From: Histomonas meleagridis 2922-C6/04-290x
Lineage: Eukaryota; Protista; Parabasalia
Reading direction: 5' to 3'
Assembly: GCA_020184695.1 (NCBI GenBank)
Contig: JAANOX010000062.1
Coordinates: 62,001 to 126,000 of the forward strand
Length of the DNA: 64,000 nt
Shown here: piece by piece, positions 42,794 through 55,500 of the stretch
How positions within the stretch are numbered: position 1 is the stretch's first letter
How the letters are laid out: every line of letters starts with the position of its first letter
The notes under the pieces: generated by a model
What the model was told of the DNA's origin: nothing
The model's database searches: none
Seen by the model: the letters and a program-made list of their open reading frames with translations, nothing else
Made by a program: the position numbers and the translations under genes

Positions 42794-43753
42794 TCATTTT
42801 TTCTCAATTTTTGGAAGAGGCTTTTGATGTTTTCTCTCATTCCATCCCATTAATGCGGCCAATTTTGTAGCCCAGCTTCCAACTGACTTTTCCATCATTA
42901 TTGTATTATATGGATATGGAGAAATCGACACAACAAGTTTCTCTCCAATTTGAAATGGCCTATGCCCAAGTCCATCAAATGTTACCCACGCACGTTGGCT
43001 TGTTTGATGTCCCGCCTTTTTTGATGCGAGCGATATCGTTAATTCGGCATGTCGCGGGAATAATATTGGACGCGCAGAAAGCGATTGCGCACAAACTGGA
43101 GTCAGCATAAAAACGGGAAGGAGAGGATGAACTAATGCGCCACCGGCACTTTTGTTATATGCTGTAGAACCAGTAGCAGTAGCAATGATAACACCATCTC
43201 CAATGATTTCTGAAAAACAAAAGCCGCATGATGAGCATTTAATTGTTAAAGATCCGGATAACGAATCACGATAAAGTGCTAAATCATTAAGAACATGGTA
43301 AGTTTCAACACCCTTAAGACTGTGATATTCAATAAGTAAACGACAACGTGGTAAAACATAACAATTGCCTCGAATTACTTGTGGAATAACATCTCGATAT
43401 GCTGAAAATTGGATGTCAGAAATAAATCCTTGACGACGTGTCGTAAGAGGAAGAATGGGAGGAGTCTTTTTGTCTTGGAACAAAGTGGATATTTTAAGAT
43501 TGAGACCATCAGTTCCTACTAAAATAAGAAAATCTGCTGACTTATATTCACCTACTTCTACACGAAGGCCATTGCTTTCAAGGTATTTGATAAGAGAATC
43601 AATTTGGTCTGATTCTAAATTTTCAAGACGATCTTGAACATATAAATGAACTGAACTTGGTTCATGCTCCCAATCTAAGTTTTTGATTTCTATTATTCTA
43701 TGGATAAATGAAGATTCTTCCCATTCTTTCTCTAATTTTGGGTTTTGCTTCAT
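42794..43753 (-). CDS. NADK: ATP-NAD kinase
   Basis: VGTDG (GGDG site), VLND (NE/D site) and GDGVIIATATGSTAYNKSAGG. Confidence 0.9.
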   Translation of the reverse strand: MKQNPKLEKEWEESSFIHRIIEIKNLDWEHEPSSVHLYVQDRLENLESDQIDSLIKYLESNGLRVEVGEYKSADFLILVGTDGLNLKISTLFQDKKTPPILPLTTRRQGFISDIQFSAYRDVIPQVIRGNCYVLPRCRLLIEYHSLKGVETYHVLNDLALYRDSLSGSLTIKCSSCGFCFSEIIGDGVIIATATGSTAYNKSAGGALVHPLLPVFMLTPVCAQSLSARPILFPRHAELTISLASKKAGHQTSQRAWVTFDGLGHRPFQIGEKLVVSISPYPYNTIMMEKSVGSWATKLAALMGWNERKHQKPLPKIEKK

Positions 43754-43992
43754 TTTAAAGACATTAAATTTTGAATGTATTCAATTTTTGTAAAATTTAT
43801 GCATTTTTAAATTGGATTTTTTGCGTTTTGTTTTTCGAAAATATCTTGAAATAGTTTTATGAAAATAAAAAAGTTAATAATAAGAAGGGAACTTCTTTCG
43901 GGAAATCAAAAACTTTTTAATTTTTATTGGAGAATACAATAACTTGATGAAAATTCAAAAGTAAATTTATTTTTAACATACTTTATTGTCAA

Positions 43993-44433
43993 TTATTGTT
44001 GAGGAGCTTGGACAGTTGCAGCAATTTCATTGATCCGAGATAAAGCAGAAGGTGATTCAATCATTGAAAATGGTGTGTAGAAAGGGTCAAGAATTGCATC
44101 AAAGAGCACATCCTTGATTTTTTCACAAACTGACTTCATGAAGTTATCTTGAAGATTGACAACATGAAAAGTAAGAACAATGATTTTATATCCTAATCCT
44201 GCTTTGTATCCCCAAATTTGAAATCTTTCAGAAGTTTGAATATTTCCAAGGTATCTATCTGAAAGCTTTGGTATCTTTCTTTGAGTTGGTTGATCAAAAA
44301 AATCAAGAGAACAAAACAATAATGAATCAATTTCATGTTCTTGCTTTTCCTCACATTTCTTTTCAATTAAGAGAGGGTTTCCATCAGGTCCAATAATTGC
44401 GACACAAGCAACTTGCATGTTTTGGGAATACAT
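43993..44433 (-). CDS. TRAPPC2L: TRAPP complex subunit 2-like (sedlin family)
   Basis: VACVAIIGPDGNPL, YLG..FQIWGY...KIIVL and DAILDPFY fit the sedlin/longin pattern. Confidence 0.78.
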   Translation of the reverse strand: MYSQNMQVACVAIIGPDGNPLLIEKKCEEKQEHEIDSLLFCSLDFFDQPTQRKIPKLSDRYLGNIQTSERFQIWGYKAGLGYKIIVLTFHVVNLQDNFMKSVCEKIKDVLFDAILDPFYTPFSMIESPSALSRINEIAATVQAPQQ

Positions 44434-44487
44434 TTCCCCAAAATATTCAATTAACCGCTTTTTACATAAAAAGTGTATAATTAGAAC

Positions 44488-44937
44488 ATGCGTTCAAACT
44501 CACAGAGAGATTATTACTATGATTCAAGATATGATTTTAAACAAGATAATCAAAGGCTTGTTGAAAGAGCAGAGAGTCAAGATCATTTTCATGGACATTC
44601 TCGTTATGATTCATATGATGATCGAAGAAGTAACGAAAGATACTCAGGACACACAAGTCAAAATTATCCTTCAAGGCCATTAAATAACCGATATTCAGAT
44701 AGCCAGTATAATTATAACCAAAGAGAAAGAACATTTGAACAACCAAGCTCACGAGAGAGAAGTCATATGGAGCGTTCGAGTTCTCGTGAACGAATTTCAA
44801 TGGATTCGACAACAAGAAGGAGTCCTTTAATAGATGAAAAAAATATATGTGAGATCATTCAAGAAGAATATCTACATAATCCACCAATAGAGATTAATGC
44901 AGCTCCATATTTTTCTTATCCAACTACATGGGACTGA
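44488..44937 (+). CDS. Arg/Ser/Tyr-rich low-complexity protein
   Basis: 149-aa ORF with RE/RS dipeptides (SSRERSHMERSSSRER). Confidence 0.5.
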   Translation: MRSNSQRDYYYDSRYDFKQDNQRLVERAESQDHFHGHSRYDSYDDRRSNERYSGHTSQNYPSRPLNNRYSDSQYNYNQRERTFEQPSSRERSHMERSSSRERISMDSTTRRSPLIDEKNICEIIQEEYLHNPPIEINAAPYFSYPTTWD

Positions 44938-44974
44938 ATTTATGTAAACATGATTTATTTTTGAAATGCTGTTT

Positions 44975-44984
44975 GGGGTGCCCT
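44975..44984. promoter_or_regulatory. GGGGTGCCCT candidate core-promoter element
   Basis: 9/10 match to the reverse orientation, ending 20 nt before the DOA1 ATG. Confidence 0.45.
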
Positions 44985-45004
44985 GAAAATAGGCATAATT
45001 AAAA

Positions 45005-47170
45005 ATGGAAAAATTTGCGTATATTCTATCTTCAATTACACCTGTAGCTGACTCTGAACTTAGAGCAGTAACGAAAGTAACATATGATGGGAAAGAATAT
45101 TGGGCATGTGGAGATCGAAGCAATTATCTTCATATCTTCCAAAAATCGGACACAGGAAATGATTTTGAATGTTTAAATTCATTTCGTGCTCACAATGGTT
45201 GGATTTCATCCATAGCACAAATTGAACCATGTCAATGGTTTTCAGATGGTGCATTAATCACAGGTGGACATGATAATAAAGTTAAAGTATGGGATCTTAA
45301 AACTCTTGTTACACCAACAACATCATTAATTCAACCAATTTGCACACTTTCACATGATGCACAAGTATGTTTTGTTTCCACAACACCAAATCACCTAATT
45401 ATTTCATGTAGTTGGGATTCTACATGTCATGTTTGGTCCTCTCCATATACATGTATTACGTTAACACATGAACAATATGCGATTTGGAGTGCAACATCAA
45501 TTCCTAACGGTTACATCACATTAGGCGCCGATAGAACGATACGTGTTTGGGATCTTAACGGCCGCCTGATTAATCGTCTAAATAATGTCCATTCTGATGT
45601 CCCACGTGCATGTCTTTATATTCCATCACGTAACATACTAGTGACAGCAGCAAATGATGGCACAATTAAAGAATGGCAATTAGATGGAACCAATTTAACC
45701 ATGGATTATACCATCACAGTTACGGACAAATTTTTATATTCACTTACACTTATTGATGATGAGACATATTTAACGACTAGTGAAGATCGTTGTGCATATA
45801 TTGTATCAGGTGATCTTAAGAAAGTTGTTGAAGCAATTCCATTACCAGACTCCGTTTGGTCTGCCACTGTATTATCTAATAACGACATAATTATTGCATG
45901 TGCTGATGGTTTTGTTCGTACATTTACAACGTCACAAGAACGTCGTTGTAACTTATCAACAGAAGAAACATATATTACACAACTTGAAGGATTAACATTT
46001 TCTAATCCCGAATTTGAACGTATTAATATTTTAGATTTACCAGATGTTAATAGTTTAACAACTGAATCATGTGTTCCAGGACAAGCGATATTAGCACGTG
46101 ATGGGGATAAAATGGTCATATATACATGGAGCACAGGCTATCAGCGATGGCTTAAAATAGGCACCGCTGTTAAACAAGAAGGTACATCACGTAACAAAGT
46201 CTTTGATGAGAATGGTAAACAATGGGACTATTGTTTCGATGTACAAATGGAAGATGGCCGTGTTTTCCCATTATATTTAAATTATGATACAAATCCTTAT
46301 ACTGCAGCATATGAATTTATGGCGCGTCATGATTTAGATCGAACTTATTTAAATCAAATTGTACAATTCATTGAAGATCAACGTAAATCGACTGTTATCG
46401 AAACAACGACGACAACGAATGAAAAGAATTCGATATTTCCAATGACTATTTTAAACATTTATAGTGAAATTTCGATTGCGCCAATTATTCGTAAATTAAA
46501 ATCATTAAATAATCATAGCCAATATATCGTTAAAGAAGAAGAATTTAATTTGTTGGAACAAAACGTAGTTACGACTGAAATGTTTAAAGTTATATATAAC
46601 GTTGTTAAGTCATGGCCACCAAATGATTCATGGCCGATTTTGGATATATTAAGAGCACGAATTACAATCGATGGATGTAAAGATATAATATTTCCAATTG
46701 AACTTGTCGATTTAATTAATTATTTCTCTTCTTTACCCGATTTAACAGAAAATTGCGTTTTGATGTTAATGAGAATCATCGCAAATATGTTCAAAAGTTA
46801 TTCACAAGAAGCGTTGAATTTAATTAATATCAAAAATGTGATTAATAAATATTTGATATATTTGGAGCAATTTACAAAAAGAACTCAAATCGCTTATGCA
46901 ATGGCTATGTTAAATTATTCGGAGTTTTTAAGTAACGCACAAAATGACGCAAAGGATTTGATGAATATGGTAATTTCTGCACTGGAAATGAAGTTGGATA
47001 ACGACGCAATCTATAGACTGATTTATGCCGCCGGAAATTGCTGCGTGTTCTCAAATGAGGCACTGAACGTGTTAAGACTAAGGCCTGATTTGATAGATAA
47101 TTTAATGGGAAGACAAATTAATGAACAACTGAAAGCTGCACTAAAAGAATTAATCGATCTCATTCAATAA
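45005..47170 (+). CDS. DOA1: Phospholipase A2-activating protein / Doa1-Ufd3 (WD40-PFU-PUL)
   Basis: WD40 repeats, a PFU domain (WDYCFDVQMEDG...NPYTAAYEF...YLNQIVQFI) and a PUL domain (WPPNDSWPILDILR). Confidence 0.9.
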   Translation: MEKFAYILSSITPVADSELRAVTKVTYDGKEYWACGDRSNYLHIFQKSDTGNDFECLNSFRAHNGWISSIAQIEPCQWFSDGALITGGHDNKVKVWDLKTLVTPTTSLIQPICTLSHDAQVCFVSTTPNHLIISCSWDSTCHVWSSPYTCITLTHEQYAIWSATSIPNGYITLGADRTIRVWDLNGRLINRLNNVHSDVPRACLYIPSRNILVTAANDGTIKEWQLDGTNLTMDYTITVTDKFLYSLTLIDDETYLTTSEDRCAYIVSGDLKKVVEAIPLPDSVWSATVLSNNDIIIACADGFVRTFTTSQERRCNLSTEETYITQLEGLTFSNPEFERINILDLPDVNSLTTESCVPGQAILARDGDKMVIYTWSTGYQRWLKIGTAVKQEGTSRNKVFDENGKQWDYCFDVQMEDGRVFPLYLNYDTNPYTAAYEFMARHDLDRTYLNQIVQFIEDQRKSTVIETTTTTNEKNSIFPMTILNIYSEISIAPIIRKLKSLNNHSQYIVKEEEFNLLEQNVVTTEMFKVIYNVVKSWPPNDSWPILDILRARITIDGCKDIIFPIELVDLINYFSSLPDLTENCVLMLMRIIANMFKSYSQEALNLINIKNVINKYLIYLEQFTKRTQIAYAMAMLNYSEFLSNAQNDAKDLMNMVISALEMKLDNDAIYRLIYAAGNCCVFSNEALNVLRLRPDLIDNLMGRQINEQLKAALKELIDLIQ

Positions 47171-47789
47171 ATAAAAAGTGAAAATTAAATTTTTTTCATA
47201 AAAGTTTATACAACGCATTATTCAACATGTAGAAAATTCTTGTTTACATATTTTGAAATAACTTTTCATCTAATAGATTATTAATGCTGTTCAACAAAAG
47301 AATTTTCACATTTGAAATTTTTATCTAAAATTTAAAGAACATCCAAATAACATCAATCCCTGTTATTTCGCTTAACTCACAGTGAGTTAACTTTTATTTT
47401 CATGTGAATTTATTAGAAATCTCAGTCCAAAGCATTTCAACAACAGATTTAAATGATTGTATTATTAGTTATTTGATAATAAACATTATATTTACACATT
47501 TTATATTCATGAAATCTTCGGAAAGTTTAATGTTTTGGATGTAATGCTATCTTTTCTCCACTAACAACAATATTGGTATTAACATGAATTACGAAAAAGT
47601 TTAAAGAAATTATAAATATATTTATTGGTATTTTTCAAATAAAAATATAGTATCAAAATTCAAATTTTCAAAAGCTCAAAATAAATAGTGATTATAATCA
47701 ATAATTATTAACTCATTTTCAGCTACATTTAAATGTTATCTTAAATAATTTTAATTTTTACATAAAAATTATTTTAAATTTTTATTTAC

Positions 47790-48947
47790 TTAAAACACAG
47801 AATGCCATACTTTTGGTGAGACATCGTTTGGAGTTTTTGCTACGTAAGCAACATCATCTGTATAATGTATTTCGAAATCGACGCACAATGTGCCTCCTCT
47901 TGGTGATTTCAACAATTCGTCCCATTTCTTCATTACAATTTGGTCCACGAATTTATTACCCCATAAACATAAATCAGTTACAGAAGAATTTGATGGTAAA
48001 TTATTTGCAAATTCGATAATTCCGACTCCGTTAATTCCGTTACTTGAAACATCAATTTTTCGTAAAGTTTTATTTGTTTTTAACATTTCAGCAAATGCTT
48101 TTGCTCCTTTATCACCAATTTTATTATTAGAAATATCTAAAACTTCTAAAGAATTATTGAATTTTAATGAATTTGCTAATTGTTCTGCACCAACACTTGA
48201 AATTCTATTTCCGCGAAGTCGAAGATTTGTCAAGATTGAATTAACTTGTAAAAAATTAGAAATTAATAACGCAGAATCATCGCTAAGTTTCGCTCGCGCG
48301 ATACTTAGTTCTGTTAATGAATCATTTGTACACAATGACAAAAATAATCGTTTGGCAGCACTATCTCCATCAATACGATTATGAGGATTATCGACATGTA
48401 TACACTTTAGTCGATGAATTTCGCCGATTAAAGCCCCTAAATATGTTAATGAATTTTGTGATATTCCTGTATCTGATAAATCAAGATATGTTATATTACG
48501 GTTGACACGTAGAGAAGAAATAATATCCATACACCCTTCATCACCTATGTCATTTTGCGCAAATGAGATTTGGATTAATGACCGACTTTGAACCAACGCA
48601 TCTTGAAGAGATTTAATTCCATTAGACGTAATTAAATTGGCTGAAAAATCAATTTGCTTAATGGAATCGGATTGAAGCAAGAGTTGAGAAACTCCTGGAA
48701 GAATCGCATCTGTAAGATTATTTCGTGGAACTCGAATAATGTTAACACAAACTTTCTTTAGCGTATCAAGAATTATCATAAAATCATTGTCTGTAAGTTT
48801 ATCATACATAATCCCTCCATCAATTACGACATCTAATGTTGAACGCCCACGGGTAATACATTTTTCAATTTCATTTAAAAATTCTTTTCTTGGTTCAATA
48901 TTTGCTTCTTTGCATTTCTGAACGTATTCATCCAGAAGCTCTTCCAT
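47790..48947 (-). CDS. RNI-like leucine-rich repeat protein, LRRC34-like
   Basis: Repeats such as LRLRGNRISSVGAEQLANSL and LDISNNKIGDKGAKAFA, and the C-terminal LWGNKF. Confidence 0.75.
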   Translation of the reverse strand: MEELLDEYVQKCKEANIEPRKEFLNEIEKCITRGRSTLDVVIDGGIMYDKLTDNDFMIILDTLKKVCVNIIRVPRNNLTDAILPGVSQLLLQSDSIKQIDFSANLITSNGIKSLQDALVQSRSLIQISFAQNDIGDEGCMDIISSLRVNRNITYLDLSDTGISQNSLTYLGALIGEIHRLKCIHVDNPHNRIDGDSAAKRLFLSLCTNDSLTELSIARAKLSDDSALLISNFLQVNSILTNLRLRGNRISSVGAEQLANSLKFNNSLEVLDISNNKIGDKGAKAFAEMLKTNKTLRKIDVSSNGINGVGIIEFANNLPSNSSVTDLCLWGNKFVDQIVMKKWDELLKSPRGGTLCVDFEIHYTDDVAYVAKTPNDVSPKVWHSVF

Positions 48948-49581
48948 TTGAAGTAACGTACAAACAAATTATATACTTTACATTATTTCATATCACTAAA
49001 GACACTATAGGCTTATAAAATAAAAATATCTTTTTAGGATAATATGTTTTTGTTTTTTTATTCCATGAAATATAAAGCTCGTATTATGGCTATTATATAT
49101 AAAAAATATTAAATCGAATATATCAATATTTTTATATTAAAAAATTGTTTCTAAAATTAATTTCTTCTGGTGAACATCCTTAAAATCGGTACTTAAATAT
49201 AAATGGAAGTCTCGTCTACACCTTGTTAATTCGTTAAAATCCACAAATCATCAGGCGCATGTTCTAAATTTTTTACCGGTTAGTATAAACTGTAACAATT
49301 GTTTCAATAATATTTTACTATCTTTTGATATAATTTCTATAAAAGTGATTATCCGATTTAAATTCTCTATGTCTTATTGGAGGATGTGATAATCAATAAG
49401 TTCATACCATATGGATCTAATAACAAATAATGGAAACATTATTTTATATCGAAATCCCCAAACGATTATTGATTCTGCTCCAATTACATCTTCAAATTAA
49501 ACACAAAAGATGCTACAACGAAACTGTACTTTTGAAAAATTTTACACGTAAAACATAAATTTAACAAAACACAATTTCTAT

Positions 49582-52500
49582 TTATTTATTTGGCATAATT
49601 CTTCCCACAGTCAAAACCGGTATTGATATGTTATACTCGACGACTCTGAACTCCCATAGCACTTCCACTGTTTTCACTGACGTCGGCAAATATGAGAACG
49701 ACATTTTATATCTTTTTCCGCTTGACATGAGCACGTTTGGCGTCAGGCATTCGATTGGACTATTTTTTGGGTTTGATTTCATTATCCAAACGATTTGATA
49801 AGGGGAAGCAGTCGGATTAATAATTTCGAATTTTTTAAAAGTTTTTATACCAATTGCACCTGAAAACATTTCGATAACTTTAATATTCTCTGGTAATTGA
49901 TAGTTATAATCGGGATGTCTTCTCTTTAAGTAATCGGACATCTGCAGATTGAAATGACACAAAGGTCTTCGTGAGAATGCAATGACATTAATCGTTGGCG
50001 GGTCCATAACTTGTAGAAATGGAATTTGCATGATAACTTTCGCTTTAAAGTCGTCGACTTCTAATGGCGAAAAACTAATTTTGAATACACAAGTTTGTTG
50101 TGGGTTAATATAACCTGTTGTCGGTAATACTGAAAATGGGATTTCATTAATTTGTTGTGAATAATTCGTTCGTAAACTAATGAAGTCTTTGATGACCCAT
50201 GAATAATCAAATCGTATCATTGACGTGTTGGTGATTTTAACCTCGACAAATCGCGTCTGGTACATCATAGTTGGCGCAAATGATATTTCGGTGGTGTCAA
50301 TTGAATATCGAATTAAATCGGAAATGGCATTAACTTTAAGAATTAATTCTCGTGGTTTAAGACCATCAATGAGATGATATGGTGGCTCTGGTTTAACATC
50401 AACGATTTTAATGGTTTCATTTCCATTGGTTTGTGATGTTGGAATTGGAGAAACGTTCAAATGCGTTGTGCTGTTTTTGACAACTTTACTTGCGCCGCGT
50501 TGAAGTCTTTTGTTCGAAGGTTTTGTAGTATGTATCATATTGTCTTCTTGTGGAGGAAGCATCTGTTGAAGCATTGAAGTCTTGGTGACAAATTTGACAA
50601 TCTTCATCGAATCATCCCAATCAGGAGAATTCGGATATTCATACTCAATTGGCGCCCATTGACATGGAATCTTAAGGCCATTGTATTTGACTGGTTTATC
50701 CGTGATGAAATTCACTTTGATCTCTTTTGATTCTTGTGGATGAATATGTCCAACTTGTGGAGAAAATGTAAACTCGTGTTGGCTTTGCCATGAAAAACGA
50801 ATCGTATTTTGACTGACGTTCTTCATTATGAATGTTTGTTGTTGTTGACGTCCAATTACATTATCTTTAAAATCTAATGAACCTTCATCTTCTGATAAGC
50901 CTTCAAGAATAAAGTCCTCACTAAATCCTTCGCCAATAAACGAAAAACTTAAGTTTGCTTTAGGATTTTCTGCAACTGATATCATTAAATCATATTGTCC
51001 TTTCCTAGGTTTTGTTGGTGAAAATATAACAGAAAGGTTTAAAATACGACCTGGATCAATTGTAATTTCTTTTTCAGGTGAAGAAATTTCTTCTAGTTGG
51101 AAATCAGGAGCACTTTTTTCAGTAATTTCAACAACAGTTGGAATCAAACCGTTATTTTTCAATGCTATCGTTTTCTCTTTTGTGAACCCAATTAACGTTC
51201 TCCCCATATTAAAAATCACCGGTGAAGTCTTCAATTGCTTTGAGTCTAATGAAATACAAGTTAATTGAGGTAATGTACCAGTGCCTTCTATTAGGAACTT
51301 TAAGTTTTTAGTAGAAGGATTAGTACCACCTCTAACTATAGCTTCAAAAGAAACAATAAACTTATCACAAAATATTGGAGTGAAAGTTAATTTCACACTT
51401 TTTGATGAATTTGCAGGAATTTCTATTGTTTTCGAACTAAGTTCTAATTGTTGAAGACCTTTTAAATATTTAGGTTTAGCATTCATGTTAATGTCGACAA
51501 TACAATTTATAGGGAAAGGATTAATCAAATAAATATCAATAGATTTTTGATGTTGTAAAGTCAAAGGTTGAAAGTGAAGAGTAAATTCGTCTTCAAGGAA
51601 TGCAGTATGATCAGACTTTTGTAAATCATAACGTAAACATAAATGTGTACCTTTAAAAATATTTTCGAAGTCATTATTTTTAATTCCAGGGATGAAAGAT
51701 TCCGCAGTTAATTGAAATGGAATACCATTTTGTTGAATTAATTTTGGGTTACAATCAGTGAAAGAAAAATAGATACAAGAATTATATTTCCCAGGAGTAA
51801 AGGAACTAAATTCGAAGTCAATAGTTACTGTTTGATTCCGTTCAACAGTACCTGAACAAGGTGCCAAAATAAAGTTCCCAACTGCGACGGTTTTGTCGGT
51901 GAATTTCCTTGTTTTAAGTTTTGTCATTTGTTTATTTTGTTGAGATTTTTTACCTTTAATACTATTATTTGTCACACTTAATTCATCATCTTCTTTCGGT
52001 ACTGTAATTTCATAGTTAAATGGGAATATTCCATTATTTTTTAATGTGATTTGTTTATTTTTTGTTGAGTTTACAGCTAAAGGACCAAAGTCTAATTGTT
52101 CAGCAGGGTTTAAAATGAACGAACTATAAAATGTTTCGACTGAAAAAGGAATTGAAAGTTCGCCAATTTTAGTTTTAGTTAATTCATCGAATATATATAA
52201 TGTTATAGCTTTTTGTAATTTGTATTTCATTAATTTATTTGGACAAATATTAAACAAAATTTGTGTTGATTTACCACCATTAATAATTCCTTCGATTGGA
52301 TTAATTTTAAAGAATGATCTTTTACTTTTAGGTTTTATTTCGATTTTAAAGTTCGATGGATATTTTCCTTTGTTTAATAAGTTACATTGTATTGTTTTTT
52401 CTTGATTAACTTTTAATTGTCCAAATTGTAAATGATCATTTCCACGCGGGAATTGGAAATCAAATGAAACATCAAAAGATTCCGCAAAAATCGGAAAACT

Positions 52501-55500
52501 TTTTGTAGAAAAAACTTTTGATTCTGTTATATCGAAAACTTCGAGTTGAATATTTTTTTTGATAGTAATAGTTTTCATTGAACAATATTTAATTTCGACA
52601 ATAAAACTTTCATTTGGTTCAATGATACCTTCGATTGCATTAATATTAAAATAATCGGCTAAACTTTGAGTGTTCTTTAAATGCCAATACGCTGATAATT
52701 TTCCCATTATTATATAATTCGAGTTTTTAATACTCGAAATTGTTTTATTAAAAGTTTACCGAAATCGAATTCATTTATCGAAGTTTCAATAATTGGAACA
52801 CAACCTTCCGCCAAAACATTAAATATTAATGGCTCCGGATTATCTTTTATCAATATTATCATTTGATTTTTATATATTTCAGCGTTTAAAGGATTAATAC
52901 CAAATATAATTTCACCTTTTTCATTTGGATTTATTGTTAATTGTGGAGTTTCAATGAGAAATGAAGTTTTAGGTATTAAAAATGTCGATGTAATATCAAT
53001 TGGAAATGTCGAAACATTTGTTAAATATATTGAAGTTTTATATTGTAAATTTTTTGGTTTTTCTTTACATATTAATAATGAGCCGAAATAAAATTCATTT
53101 GTTTTTAATTACATAAGTAAATTTCGATTTAGGATCAAATTTACGTATTTTATTTGGAAATATGTTTTGTATATTTCGATCTATTTCAGGATATGAACAT
53201 TTAGCAAAAACATTTAATTTAAATATTTCCGATTTTGCATTAATTATCGAAAATAAAATTGTATCTTTATAACTTCCAATGTTTTGACCAAAGAATTTAA
53301 TTTTGTAATTGTTTCGATGAATTAGAATCAATTTTTCCAACGCGGAGTTCTTCGATTTATTTCATAATCATTAATATTTAATTCTTTAATAAGACTATTT
53401 CTTCTTGTTGACTTCGATGATCTTCTACCAACTGTATGTGAATCAGGTCTTAATGATTTATTATTTTGTTGAGGGAATTCGAATATTTCATCACTAATAA
53501 TTGTGAAATATTTTGGCATTGTAATTAATGTATTAATTTTTTTAGGTTTTTCATTAACAAATATTTTCGATGTGGAAATAAAATCATCAAATGATTTCTC
53601 TTTAATTTGTGATTGTTTTGGGATATAATTTATAATAATATTTTTGATTTGTTCTAATGTTAATGTTGATACGTCAATTAAAATTGTATTTTTATTTTGT
53701 TTTATAAATTCATTTAGTTTTGTCTAATTTCTTTTTATTATTATTAATATTTTTATTCGATTTTTGATTATGACGTTGAGTTGAACGACTCGATTTCTTG
53801 TTAATATTATTATCATGTTCAAATGCTTGTTGAAGTAATTTATTTCGTACATTTTGTCGTTTCTCATCAACAATATTCTTTTCTTCTTCATTAAGGTTTT
53901 CATATTGTGATTCAGTCATATTAAAAAGATTTTCTTTTTCTTGATGTTGTTCAATTCTTTTTTGTTTTCTTATTAACGATTTTTGTTTTTCTTCACGTTC
54001 TATTAATACATCTTCATTAATATTTAACGTGATTTGAAATATATAATGTCCATCAAGAGAATTTATTATATAATTTAAAATGATTTCTAAAGATGTTAAG
54101 TTTTGATGTTGTATTATATAAAATGGATTTTTTTGTAATTCGATTTCAATATTTTTTTGTTTTTGACAATGAGTAATAAATTGTTGTGTAGTATTTTGTT
54201 CTTGTAATATATTCGATAATCCATCAATTATAAAACCATTAACATAATCTTTTTGATTAATTAAATCTGAAAATATTTTTATATATTCATCTGAATTAAT
54301 TTCATTTTTATCAATTAAATCTTTAAATATTTCTTTTAAGTTAATAATTGGAATATTTAAATATTCCGAAATAATTTTTGCAATTGTACTTTTACCACTT
54401 ATAGGTGGACCATTAATTATAATACAAATAGAAACATTCGAAATTAAATTATTATTTGTAATTAATTTTTCATTTTCATTTTCATTTTTGTTATTAATTA
54501 ATTTTTTGGATTCAATATAATCGATTAAACGTTGCATATCATATTGTAATGCCATAACTTCAATTGGATAATTTGTTGGATTAATAATTTTGAAATTAGT
54601 TGTATATGATTCAGAATAAGCATTTATTGGAGGAATAATAATTTCATTTGGTTCGAAAGTTATACGTAATTGTATACCTGTACCTTGTAATGTTAAATAT
54701 ATTGGTTGATTATTATATTTTATATTTATAGGAAATTGCATTGAATATAATTTTTCTGTTTTTGGTGTAAAAATTATTTCAATTACTTCAGTAGAAAATG
54801 GTAATAATATTCCTGTAGAAGGATTTGCAATAAAAATTTGTTGTGATTTTGTTGTGTTAATATTTCGTTGTATTAAATTAGTATATTGTGCATCAGAAAA
54901 TGAGAATTCACAATTTATTGGATTTAAATTTTTGATTTGTAATGTAATTAATTTCGATTGTCCAATAATTACATTACCAAAATCGAAATGTAAATTCGAA
55001 AAATGTAAAATTGGCATTTCTAAAACAGATTTTAAGTTAATAATTGTATATAAATCATTATTAAATATAATTGGAATTTCTAATTCGACTTCACCTATAA
55101 TTTCTTTATTATGTTTTAATGTATCAAACATTATTGTGATTTGTAATTCAGTATCAAATGGTACATTTTCAAATGATGTTGGCTCGATAATAAAACCAGT
55201 ACCAATTAAATTATTTGTATTAATTTCAAATGAAATTGGAAAATTTGATTTTGATTTCATAATAAAAGTTTTCGATTCATTTTGTCCAAAAATAATTTTT
55301 CCCATATTAATTTCATATCTATTTGTTATAATATATGGTAATTCATTAATAGTTTTACCTAAAATTCGTTTTTTAAATCCGAGACTTTTATCATTAATAA
55401 ATTTTGTTACTAATTTGTTTTCAATTGAATTTAATATTTCTTCATTAATATTATTATTATTTTCATTATTTTCATTATATATTTTTAATAATGGATCATT

